IMG/VR virus record: IMGVR_UViG_3300028840_006758
Reading direction: 5' to 3' (one strand)
Source of the DNA: a virus
Length of the DNA stretch: 36,483 nt
Shown: piece after piece, positions 16,295 through 23,304 of the stretch
Numbering within the stretch: position 1 is the stretch's first letter
How the letters are laid out: the number at the start of each line of letters is the position of its first letter
Notes under the pieces: model-generated
Seen by the model: only the letters and a program-made list of their open reading frames with translations
The model's database searches: none
Told to the model about the DNA's origin: nothing
Translations under genes and position numbers: made by a program

Positions 16295-16579
16295 ATGGAT
16301 TTAACTAATTTTTATTTACGTCTAGATGACTTAACTAATGGTCAATGCGCTACGATGATCGAGGACATTATTAGCGGAAATCAAAACGAGCTTCTAGACT
16401 GCTTAGAGAAAGACTCTAAAGAGACTCTAGGCATTAACTTCTATCTAGAGACTTATATGGAGTCTGTTAGAGTTCTTAAAACGGCATTAGATAGACTTGG
16501 TCTTAAAAACGATAGCACGATTAAGGCCCATTTAATTAATCTCGAGTTAAACGCTAAGCTCGCATACTGCTACTTATAA
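16295..16579 (+). CDS. Hypothetical early protein (94 aa)
   Basis: ORF with SD and promoter upstream and a terminator downstream. Confidence 0.65.
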   Translation: MDLTNFYLRLDDLTNGQCATMIEDIISGNQNELLDCLEKDSKETLGINFYLETYMESVRVLKTALDRLGLKNDSTIKAHLINLELNAKLAYCYL

Positions 16580-16588
16580 CTAGACCCC

Positions 16589-16605
16589 TTTAGACTTAGT
16601 CTAAA
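16589..16605. repeat. 17-nt perfect odd palindrome tttagacTtagtctaaa, within a cluster of TAGAC motifs
   Basis: Read directly. TAGAC also occurs at 16581 and 16613. It lies between convergent genes. Confidence 0.5.
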
Positions 16606-16615
16606 GTTTCGATAG

Positions 16616-16653
16616 ACGGGGCATGACTAGCGATAGAAATGCCCCGTTTTTTT
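16616..16653 (+). terminator. Rho-independent terminator
   Basis: acggggcat (16616..16624) pairs with atgccccgt (16639..16647), followed by a T7 run. It overlaps the stop of the convergent gene 16652..17125. Confidence 0.8.
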
Positions 16654-17125
16654 ATTCGTTACACTCAGGGCAAATAATATCTCTATATTCTGATTCTATT
16701 TTCTTTAACTGAATATTTAGAAAGTCGGCCTCTTCTTTTTGTGAATTGAGATCGTTGGTCATTTCTTCTATTAACTCGAGATGCATTCTATATTTGATAC
16801 ACATATGCATATGGGTCTTTAAAATTTCGTCTATCTTATCCATTCTATCGCAATGATCATCATAGTCATCTTGTTCAAAACCATCATCTAAGTGATCATC
16901 ATTAGTTTCTGGATAAAGTGTTGCCCCAATAGTATCTATGCCCTCTTCTTTATTCTTAGATGGAACTATGCCGCCCTCATCAAACTTAACCTTATCTTTA
17001 AACCATCTCGATATAGTAGCTGAAGTTGTCCCTATTATCTCAGCTACTTCTTTGAATGTTTGTCCTTTATTTACCATTTTAACTGCTCTGTTTTTTGTTT
17101 TTTGATCGAATCTTTTTCCTGGCAT
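16652..17125 (-). CDS. HTH DNA-binding protein (157 aa), candidate repressor or regulator
   Basis: The N-terminus GKRFDQKTKNRAVKMVNKGQTFKEVAEIIGTTSATISRWFKD is an IS3-OrfA-style HTH. Acidic linker, coiled coil, and C-terminal CPECNE. Transcribed divergently from 17428..18075. Confidence 0.65.
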   Translation of the reverse strand: MPGKRFDQKTKNRAVKMVNKGQTFKEVAEIIGTTSATISRWFKDKVKFDEGGIVPSKNKEEGIDTIGATLYPETNDDHLDDGFEQDDYDDHCDRMDKIDEILKTHMHMCIKYRMHLELIEEMTNDLNSQKEEADFLNIQLKKIESEYRDIICPECNE

Positions 17126-17301
17126 TTGAAACCCCTTTAAATGGAATGGCCACCTTCATGTGTATGAGATTTTTCTTATATATGAACAACTAAAAAATAA
17201 AAACCCATAGAGCACACACCCTGCTGGCTTTTAACGTTGCCTCAGGGAGTGCATATTATAATTTTTATTTTTTTTATTTATTAATGAATATCTATTTATT
17301 G

Positions 17302-17315
17302 AGTAAGTACTTACT
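17302..17315. promoter_or_regulatory. 14-bp perfect palindrome AGTAAGTACTTACT, candidate operator
   Basis: Read directly in the 302-bp AT-rich divergent intergenic region. On the minus strand its end (TTACTC) could act as a -35 with TAAATA 17 nt downstream. Confidence 0.4.
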
Positions 17316-17427
17316 ATCATGGATCACTAAATAATTCTTTTCGTAAATTAAATTAATTAACTTATACATAGGCCTTGCACTATTTCCCGACCTGGGGCAT
17401 AAGACAGTTGACACAAGGAGACAAGGT

Positions 17428-18075
17428 ATGAATTTGACTAGCACTATTCTTAAGTTACGGACGGAACAAACAAAAAAAGTAGAGTTGGATTTAGCAATAG
17501 AAACGATAGAGAAATTAAAAAATAATTTTTCACCTTTTACACTTTCTGAGGTCATCGAAACTCTAGCAAGTGACTTTATTTTGAGTAAAGAAACTCAATC
17601 AGTTGATAAGGAAAACGTAAAAGAAATACCCAAAAAAAAAGAAAGTGTTGTTTCTCATATGGAGATAACAAAAGACTTTGATCCGACCAAGATGGTTAGC
17701 ACTAATAAAAAATACGGAATGATAGACGAGTGGAAAAGATTTATAGAGACAAAAGAAGGTATAGCTATTACTGAAAAACTCTTAGAGAGATGCTCTCATA
17801 AAGTTCAAATTGAATGGTTTAATAAATATGACGGCGCTTTTCTTGTAAAGCACCTGAAGTATATCCATAAGGCATTAGATGAAGGGATAATTAAACCAAC
17901 AAAAAACAAGGGCAACTTCTCTCAAATCTTTACAAACTATCTAAGAAGAACAAAAGAGGATGAGGAGTCTAGAAATAGACTTAATAGCACACTTAATCAT
18001 TCAATGTTTTCGCCTAGACAAAGGCTAGAGATACCAAAAAACTATAAATCAAAGGCGTATAATAGAGCTTCATAA
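17428..18075 (+). CDS. Hypothetical protein (215 aa)
   Basis: ATG 7 nt after AAGGAGACAAGG. Lys/Glu-rich. No motif recognised. Confidence 0.65.
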   Translation: MNLTSTILKLRTEQTKKVELDLAIETIEKLKNNFSPFTLSEVIETLASDFILSKETQSVDKENVKEIPKKKESVVSHMEITKDFDPTKMVSTNKKYGMIDEWKRFIETKEGIAITEKLLERCSHKVQIEWFNKYDGAFLVKHLKYIHKALDEGIIKPTKNKGNFSQIFTNYLRRTKEDEESRNRLNSTLNHSMFSPRQRLEIPKNYKSKAYNRAS

Positions 18076-18078
18076 AAA

Positions 18079-18115
18079 AACCCTCGAGCGTTCAGAGATT
18101 CCGCTCAAGGGTTTT
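18079..18115 (+). terminator. Putative rho-independent terminator
   Basis: aaccctcgagcg pairs with cgctcaagggtt (one C-A mismatch), followed by TTTT. Starts 4 nt after the stop codon. Confidence 0.5.
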
Positions 18116-18239
18116 CAAATTGTCCCAACCAAGGACAACTATGTCTTGAATCCTTATGCATGAATAATTAATCTATTTCAACATCTTTCTTTTATTTTGG
18201 TCTTGTGTCATATTCTGATCTCCCAACCAGGAGATATTT

Positions 18240-18911
18240 ATGCAATATATGGAAGTGTTCTACCTACACGGCCGCCCTTACATCAAAGCTTCACATAAAC
18301 TAAAAAAGTTTAAAGAAGATCCCCGCTATGCCCACTGGCGCATCAATACAGAGGTTTTAGAAAACACCGAGACCTATGCCGTCGTTAAGGCATCAATCAT
18401 TGACCACAACGGAACAGTCATGGCAACCGGACACTCTCGGGAGGATGTCCATACATCTGAAGTCACACAAACATCATTCCTTGAATGTGCAGAAACATTT
18501 GCCGTCGGAAGAGCGCTATCTTTCCTCGGTATGGGGCTTGAAGAAATGGGACCATACGAGATTTGCTCTAAAGAAGAGTATGAAGTGGCAAAAGAAAAGC
18601 AAAAAGATACCCGCAAGAAAAAGAAGGCCGAAAAAAAGAAGAAAGAAGAAGAACAAGAAACAATAACAACAAGGCAGGGCACCACTCTGCTTCACCTCGC
18701 TAAAGATGCCGGATTGACAGACGATCAAGATCGTTTAGATTTCCTAGAAGAGTTTGGAGTCAAAGACTTTGATCATATAAAGAAAGAAGACTTTGAAAGA
18801 GCTAAAACTCTCCTCGAAGGCGAGAAGAAGGAATACCTCGCTTATAAAGAAAAAAGAAAACATAAATTCAAGGAAGATTTAACCGTCACATATGACGAAG
18901 AGGACTTCTAA
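18240..18911 (+). CDS. Putative Rad52/Sak-like ssDNA-annealing or DNA-binding protein with Lys/Glu low-complexity linker and acidic tip (223 aa)
   Basis: The N-terminal 100 aa (...VVKASIIDHNGTVMATGHSRED...FLECAETFAVGRALSFLGMG) resemble the beta-hairpin plus helix core of Rad52-type annealases from memory only. KKKKAEKKKKEEEQE linker. The C-terminus YDEEDF is similar in style to SSB tips. Confidence 0.35.
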   Translation: MQYMEVFYLHGRPYIKASHKLKKFKEDPRYAHWRINTEVLENTETYAVVKASIIDHNGTVMATGHSREDVHTSEVTQTSFLECAETFAVGRALSFLGMGLEEMGPYEICSKEEYEVAKEKQKDTRKKKKAEKKKKEEEQETITTRQGTTLLHLAKDAGLTDDQDRLDFLEEFGVKDFDHIKKEDFERAKTLLEGEKKEYLAYKEKRKHKFKEDLTVTYDEEDF

Positions 18912-19294
18912 TGGGTGCTGGCAAAACGTATTCGCCTGAATTTAAACAACGTGTTGTAAAAATCTTTCTTGAAGAGGGTATGACCTATGCGGCCCTTTCC
19001 TCTCGATTTGGAGTTACTGGTTCGACGATTAAGAACTGGGTTAAAGAACACCTAGTTGCTACAGACTCAAGTGACGATAAGAAAGATGCTCGTAAGGTCA
19101 AAATGTTTCTTAATGACCTTTCGATGATTTTTAAAAAGCATAATGTGACCCCCGATGAAGCTGAGTACCGTATTGAAGAAAGAAAAGCTTGTTTTGACAT
19201 TTCTTTTTTTATTTTTGACATCAATACAAATCTATTAACTGGCAAAGAGCTTCAAGACCACTTTCAAAAGCGAATGGCAGGGGTGCGCTCATGA
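18911..19294 (+). CDS. HTH DNA-binding protein (127 aa), paralogue of the N-terminus of 16652..17125
   Basis: GKTYSPEFKQRVVKIFLEEGMTYAALSSRFGVTGSTIKNWVKEH. Its ATG overlaps the upstream stop (TAATG). Confidence 0.65.
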   Translation: MGAGKTYSPEFKQRVVKIFLEEGMTYAALSSRFGVTGSTIKNWVKEHLVATDSSDDKKDARKVKMFLNDLSMIFKKHNVTPDEAEYRIEERKACFDISFFIFDINTNLLTGKELQDHFQKRMAGVRS

Positions 19295-19590
19295 ACAAAG
19301 AAGGGTTTAAAAAGAAATGCCTTTATGACTTTATGGCAAGGGCAGACAAAAAGAAGTTTGGAAGAGCTAATTTTGGAAGAATAATTGAATACGCTTATCT
19401 GACCGGAGGCACTCACTGCCTATACACCCTTCTCGACTCACATAAAAAAGAACCCTTTCAATCAGTTGATGAGTTAATTGGAGAGTTACAAACTTATTTT
19501 CTAGATATTGGTAACGATGTTATCAGGCATCACTATAAGAAAATGGCACCTCTTAATCTTGAAGAGATGCTTACATTTATGGAGAAGTAA
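19291..19590 (+). CDS. Hypothetical protein (99 aa)
   Basis: ORF coupled by an ATGA overlap. No motif recognised. Confidence 0.55.
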   Translation: MNKEGFKKKCLYDFMARADKKKFGRANFGRIIEYAYLTGGTHCLYTLLDSHKKEPFQSVDELIGELQTYFLDIGNDVIRHHYKKMAPLNLEEMLTFMEK

Positions 19591-19591
19591 T

Positions 19592-19804
19592 ATGAATGAA
19601 CAGGTTTGGGGACAACTGGAATTTAAAAAAACTGTCTGTCAAAATTGCTTTGGTATCAAGCAAGTTGATTCCAATATATGCACACACTGCAAAGGGAAAA
19701 GTTGGATTGCGATTGACGATGGAGAGTTTAGGGAGAACATGATCAACTATTTAGTTCGGGAAAAAGATACCGGATCGAAGAAGTTTGAAACGGACTGGTC
19801 ATGA
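19592..19804 (+). CDS. Zinc-ribbon protein (70 aa)
   Basis: ATG at 19592, directly after the upstream TAA. CQNC...CTHC pair with DnaJ-like CxxCxG spacing. The listed longer ORF from 19508 overlaps the upstream gene and was not used. Confidence 0.55.
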   Translation: MNEQVWGQLEFKKTVCQNCFGIKQVDSNICTHCKGKSWIAIDDGEFRENMINYLVREKDTGSKKFETDWS

Positions 19805-19989
19805 ACGAACTTGAGCCAGAGCTTGAGCGCCACTACAAACACGTTATTAAAATGAAAAACATTCACATTGAGTGCTTAGAAGAAGTGAATGATAAGATAT
19901 GCAGGACTAATAAGATTTTATTCTGGCTTGTTATGATCAACACTGGTCTAGCTCTTGCTATATCACTGTTCAGACTTTTCTATACTTGA
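19801..19989 (+). CDS. Small tail-anchored membrane protein (62 aa)
   Basis: C-terminal hydrophobic helix ILFWLVMINTGLALAISLF. ATGA overlap with the upstream gene. Confidence 0.5.
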   Translation: MNELEPELERHYKHVIKMKNIHIECLEEVNDKICRTNKILFWLVMINTGLALAISLFRLFYT

Positions 19990-20166
19990 AACAAAAAGAT
20001 TCTTCTTAACTGTACCTAAGAATTCGTCTTCTACCTCCTGACTACAAACAAGACCTAAAGCATAACAGTCAGTCGAGAGATAGAGGGCGGATTCAAATAT
20101 TCCCTCATAGACCCCGACGGAAAGAGTTGCATAGTACAAAACAAATTCCTTTATTTAGTCAGTCCC

Positions 20167-20385
20167 TTGTTTAAGAATAAACTAAACAAGGGACAAGCTG
20201 TGAAAAATAAAGAGATTGTAAATCATTTTGAGAAACGCATTATTGAAATTAAAAAACACCTCTATCTCAGAGATGAGTATTTTAAAAAAAGGGGAATGGA
20301 CACAAAGGAGACAAGAGGAGAGTTGGCGCTCATTACTAAAACTCTCCAACTTAACGTCAAACTTTATGAAAAGTTCAAGGCGTGA
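20167..20385 (+). CDS. Hypothetical protein (72 aa; TTG start as listed, in-frame GTG at 20200 after AAGGGA is an alternative)
   Basis: ORF preceding rusA with a GTGA overlap. Confidence 0.45.
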   Translation: MFKNKLNKGQAVKNKEIVNHFEKRIIEIKKHLYLRDEYFKKRGMDTKETRGELALITKTLQLNVKLYEKFKA

Positions 20386-20903
20386 TCATGATAGTGCGCA
20401 TGAAGTTTGATTGCGAACCTATTTCTACTAATCATATGAACGGAAGAAATCACAAAACAGGACGAACCTTTAAAGCGAGTAAATCCGTTCAGTTTAAACG
20501 TGATATTCACGACCAATTAAGACAAAAATACTGGGAACCGGTAAGAGCACTTGTTGAAGGTGGGTACGGGTCTGATTTTGTGGGTCTAAAGAATATGCAA
20601 GTGCCGTACGGTTTAGTGGTTGAGTATACCTGGCATTTTCCACACTCTAAAATCCTTAAGAAAGCAAAGAACAAGAAATCCCATAGGCATATCAGAAAGA
20701 GAAACTGTGACGTGAACAACTACGATAAGTGGACCACAGACTGTCTATTTGAATTTTTAGATATTGATGACTCTTATATTATTGATATGCATTTAAAGAA
20801 AAGACCAACGGAACTTGAAGAGACTTGGTTTGAAGTAGTGATTAAAGTTGAGCTTTTAGAGCAAGATGAGCATTACCGAGATTTTATCCAACCCTTAGAA
20901 TAA
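20382..20903 (+). CDS. rusA: RusA-family Holliday junction resolvase (about 167-173 aa)
   Basis: CDVNNYDKWTTDCLFEFLDIDDSYIIDMHLKK fits the RusA D-x-(D/N)-N...K...D...DD pattern. Possible starts are GTG 20382, ATG 20388 and ATG 20400. Confidence 0.65.
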   Translation: MIMIVRMKFDCEPISTNHMNGRNHKTGRTFKASKSVQFKRDIHDQLRQKYWEPVRALVEGGYGSDFVGLKNMQVPYGLVVEYTWHFPHSKILKKAKNKKSHRHIRKRNCDVNNYDKWTTDCLFEFLDIDDSYIIDMHLKKRPTELEETWFEVVIKVELLEQDEHYRDFIQPLE

Positions 20904-20937
20904 ATACGGTCCTAGTCATGGACATCTAGGACCGTAT
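20904..20937. terminator. 12-bp perfect hairpin at the convergent junction of the rightward and leftward units
   Basis: atacggtcctag pairs with ctaggaccgtat across a 10-nt loop. The U-runs are weak on both strands. Confidence 0.5.
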
Positions 20938-20975
20938 CTTGTCGTGGAGTTTACTAACGTGTGGAAGTGGTCACT

Positions 20976-21281
20976 CTAGTAAATATCTACATTATCAATG
21001 AAGTTTTTAAACTTGTTAAGACGCTCCGCTTGTTTTTTTGAAATTCTTTTGGTGTGACGTATCTGCCAAAGAGTCTTTTGTGTTTGGGCAATAAACACAT
21101 CAAAATCTTCATCATCTTCCCAACCACTTCTCCAGTCTTTGCGAAGATCACCCAAGAAACCAATAAGCTCCGTTATAAGAGGGATGATTTTAAGTATAGG
21201 TCCTATATAGGGTATTGACGTTCCAAAGTTACCAACAATACCAAGGAGTTTTCTTAATAATCCCAGCACGGAACTCATCAT
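20976..21281 (-). CDS. Small hydrophobic/amphipathic protein (101 aa), holin-like candidate
   Basis: N-terminus VLGLLRKLLGIVGNFGTSIPYIGPILKIIPLITELIGFLG followed by a charged tail. It is the last gene of the lysis cassette. Confidence 0.45.
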   Translation of the reverse strand: MMSSVLGLLRKLLGIVGNFGTSIPYIGPILKIIPLITELIGFLGDLRKDWRSGWEDDEDFDVFIAQTQKTLWQIRHTKRISKKQAERLNKFKNFIDNVDIY

Positions 21282-21289
21282 CTTTCTCC

Positions 21290-21664
21290 TTAGCGGTCTG
21301 CAAGTTCGTCTTTAAATGCGTCAATAAGCCCAAGGACTCTAGACGCAAGTTCCGAGACTTCTTCCCCCGAAAGATCTTTAATTTCCGAAGGTATCTCTTT
21401 AGCTCCTCTAATAACATCCACCATCACCTTTGCTGATTTTAAAAGATCACGGTGCACTACCATGTCTTTAAAGGATACTTTACCATCTTTAAAAACCTTT
21501 GCCCCAGCAACGACGATTACTTCCATAAGCTCAATGATATCTAGAAGATTTTCAATACCTCTTTCTTCCATCTTCTTAACCATGACATGCTGTGCCCATA
21601 GTTTTGAATCTTCAAGATCTTTTAACTCAACTGCCTCATCTGCTAATACTAGTTCATGCTTCAT
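21290..21664 (-). CDS. Hypothetical helical protein (124 aa) in the lysis cassette
   Basis: ORF with SD AGGGGGAATTATG. No motif recognised. Confidence 0.6.
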   Translation of the reverse strand: MKHELVLADEAVELKDLEDSKLWAQHVMVKKMEERGIENLLDIIELMEVIVVAGAKVFKDGKVSFKDMVVHRDLLKSAKVMVDVIRGAKEIPSEIKDLSGEEVSELASRVLGLIDAFKDELADR

Positions 21665-21673
21665 AATTCCCCC

Positions 21674-22243
21674 TTAAGCATCAAAATCACGGACAAAATA
21701 TCCGACTGCGTATGGTACGGTAAATTCTCTTGTGTTGTTCCAATTAAAGTCGTGATTAAAACCCATTTTATGCGCCCATTCGTGCGCTAGGTTACCCGCC
21801 ACATCGTTAAAGTCGTTATTAGAAAACCAAGAGTAATAGATCCATTGAGATACAGTATTTGAATACGTATAGCCAATCACATTTCCAGCATGCGAATAGT
21901 CAACATGCAACGTCATATCAGCTTCATTGTCAGGTGTTGGTTGGAGAGTTTCGGAACCAGTCATAAGCTTGTTATAGATCCCCTTACGACTAAGCCCATT
22001 AGACATCTTAAAGTTATTCACTTTTTGCCAATAGGTCTTATAGCGGAACCATTTCCATTTGCGGTAGCTGTACCAGTAGTTATACGACATGCACCAATTA
22101 TAAAACTCTTCTGAGCTTAGGGCGTCTGCCATATGATTAACCGCCATTTCCACCTTTTTTTCGTCTTTTCTTGAAAGATCCGCTTGTAAATCAAGACGAA
22201 CGGAGAATTTTGCAAACTCATCCCGTTCAACATCAATAATCAT
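21674..22243 (-). CDS. Zinc metallopeptidase-like protein with an extended metzincin-type motif (189 aa)
   Basis: LAHEWAHKMGFNHD fits HExxHxxGxxH followed by D. Trp/Tyr-rich. No signal peptide seen. Confidence 0.55.
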   Translation of the reverse strand: MIIDVERDEFAKFSVRLDLQADLSRKDEKKVEMAVNHMADALSSEEFYNWCMSYNYWYSYRKWKWFRYKTYWQKVNNFKMSNGLSRKGIYNKLMTGSETLQPTPDNEADMTLHVDYSHAGNVIGYTYSNTVSQWIYYSWFSNNDFNDVAGNLAHEWAHKMGFNHDFNWNNTREFTVPYAVGYFVRDFDA

Positions 22244-22251
22244 ACTCCCCC

Positions 22252-22743
22252 CTAAAGCAAATACTCATCCCAATCAGAATCCGGTCTTACCTGCAAATGG
22301 GCATGGGTATAGGCAAATTTATTGTCTGACTCCGGTGCATTGTAGTTCTTATGCACCACTATGACACGCTGTCTGTGGTCTTTAGCGGATATGGCACCAA
22401 TTTGATAAAAGGGATTAGGTGCGTCATTGAGTTCTTTACTATGGGTTAAATGATTAAGCTGGTCAATAAGCTCTTGAACGTCGTTATAAGTCCATCCATG
22501 GACCGAGCGGAGACTAAGATCCGCTGCCCGTCCTTGGACATGCGTTAATGAGGAGGAATTGTATCTTTCGTTTTGTGCATAGGTTCTGACGACAGAGGTA
22601 AGTACGGGTCTAATTCCCCTTTCAAGGCAAAATTTACCAACAAAACCGATAACCATAAGCAAATGAGGATGAATGTATGCCAAATCAACGTCTTCATGGC
22701 GCTCTTTGAAATTTAAAAACTGTTTCACTTTATAATTCTTCAT
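22252..22743 (-). CDS. Endolysin, peptidase M15 family (163 aa from ATG 22743; the listed TTG at 22761 is less likely)
   Basis: LTSVVRTYAQNERYNSSSLTHVQGRAADL fits the S-x-H-x-x-G-x-A-x-D zinc site, and YTHAHLQVR fits the H-x-H site of M15 peptidases. Confidence 0.7.
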   Translation of the reverse strand: MKNYKVKQFLNFKERHEDVDLAYIHPHLLMVIGFVGKFCLERGIRPVLTSVVRTYAQNERYNSSSLTHVQGRAADLSLRSVHGWTYNDVQELIDQLNHLTHSKELNDAPNPFYQIGAISAKDHRQRVIVVHKNYNAPESDNKFAYTHAHLQVRPDSDWDEYLL

Positions 22744-22861
22744 TAAATTAGACCCTTTCAAATATTAGGGCCTAAAAAAAATGAATTGTAAAAGAACAAA
22801 AACCCCTTTAAGTTTTCTTGAACACGAAGTCCCTTTCTGTTCATAGAAAAAAGACAAGTGT

Positions 22862-22902
22862 CCGAGAATTGTTACCTTTGCGGTTCTCGGTCACTTTTTT
22901 TT
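22862..22902. terminator. Hairpin flanked by A-run and T-run (bidirectional-terminator shape) after the tail-fibre operon
   Basis: ccgagaa (22862..22868) pairs with ttctcgg (22884..22890). There is a T8 run 4 nt downstream on the plus strand, and a U6 run 9 nt downstream on the minus transcript. Confidence 0.4.
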
Positions 22903-22944
22903 AGTTCCACCGCTTTTTTTCTTCTTCTTTTTACCGTATGGCAT
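22891..22944 (-). CDS. Candidate 17-aa polylysine micro-ORF MPYGKKKKKKSGGTKKK
   Basis: Hand translated. ATG at 22944 lies 6 nt after TAAGGAG. The TGA (22893..22891) abuts the hairpin stem. The Lys codons may simply reflect the A-runs that flank the terminator. Confidence 0.25.
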   Translation of the reverse strand: MPYGKKKKKKSGGTKKK

Positions 22945-22954
22945 CAAACTCTCC

Positions 22955-23287
22955 TTATCTGCCTAGATGCTTTTGTTGGTGATACTCGTTAAGCCTCTTT
23001 TCCAACTCATTCATTCTCTCATAAACACGAATAAAGCGCTCATCCACTTGCCTTGAGAACTCAACCTGATCCGTCCTACGCCATCTATCCTGCATACTAT
23101 GCTCAAGTGCGACCATCTTCTCTTTCATGTCTTCTAAAGCGTTTGAAATGTAATGAAGTTGCGTTTTAAAGACTTCGTTATTCTTGTCACTGGTATAGAC
23201 CATGGCGACTGTTCCGATAAGAAAAGAAACAAGGAGAGTCGTTAAGACTCCCCCTATATGCTTCTCAAGGTAGTTCACCCTAGACAT
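22955..23287 (-). CDS. N-terminally membrane-anchored coiled-coil protein (110 aa); i-spanin-like or holin-like architecture
   Basis: TM segment GGVLTTLLVSFLIGTVAMVY followed by about 75 aa of heptad-like charged sequence. Confidence 0.5.
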   Translation of the reverse strand: MSRVNYLEKHIGGVLTTLLVSFLIGTVAMVYTSDKNNEVFKTQLHYISNALEDMKEKMVALEHSMQDRWRRTDQVEFSRQVDERFIRVYERMNELEKRLNEYHQQKHLGR

Positions 23288-23304
23288 AACTAAACCCCTC
23301 CCAG

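Noticed and set aside
17292-17555. 87-aa minus-strand ORF spanning the AT-rich switch region and the start of 17428..18075.
   Set aside because: It has no SD. It crosses an intergenic region full of regulatory-looking elements and overlaps a better-supported gene on the other strand.
18374-18728. Three overlapping ORFs (18374..18685 minus, 18376..18666 plus, 18516..18728 minus) inside 18240..18911.
   Set aside because: They arise from the AAG/GAA low-complexity stretch that encodes the Lys/Glu linker. Their products are homopolymer-like (FFFF, KKRR), and the 223-aa frame has an SD and a structured N-terminal domain.
19990-20166. 177-bp non-coding gap checked for a tRNA or ncRNA because of a GGATTCAAAT segment reminiscent of a T-loop.
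   Set aside because: The flanking bases do not form T-arm or acceptor pairing, and no cloverleaf could be drawn. Only short weak repeats (AGTCAGTC twice) were seen. It may hold a promoter or origin, but I cannot support either.
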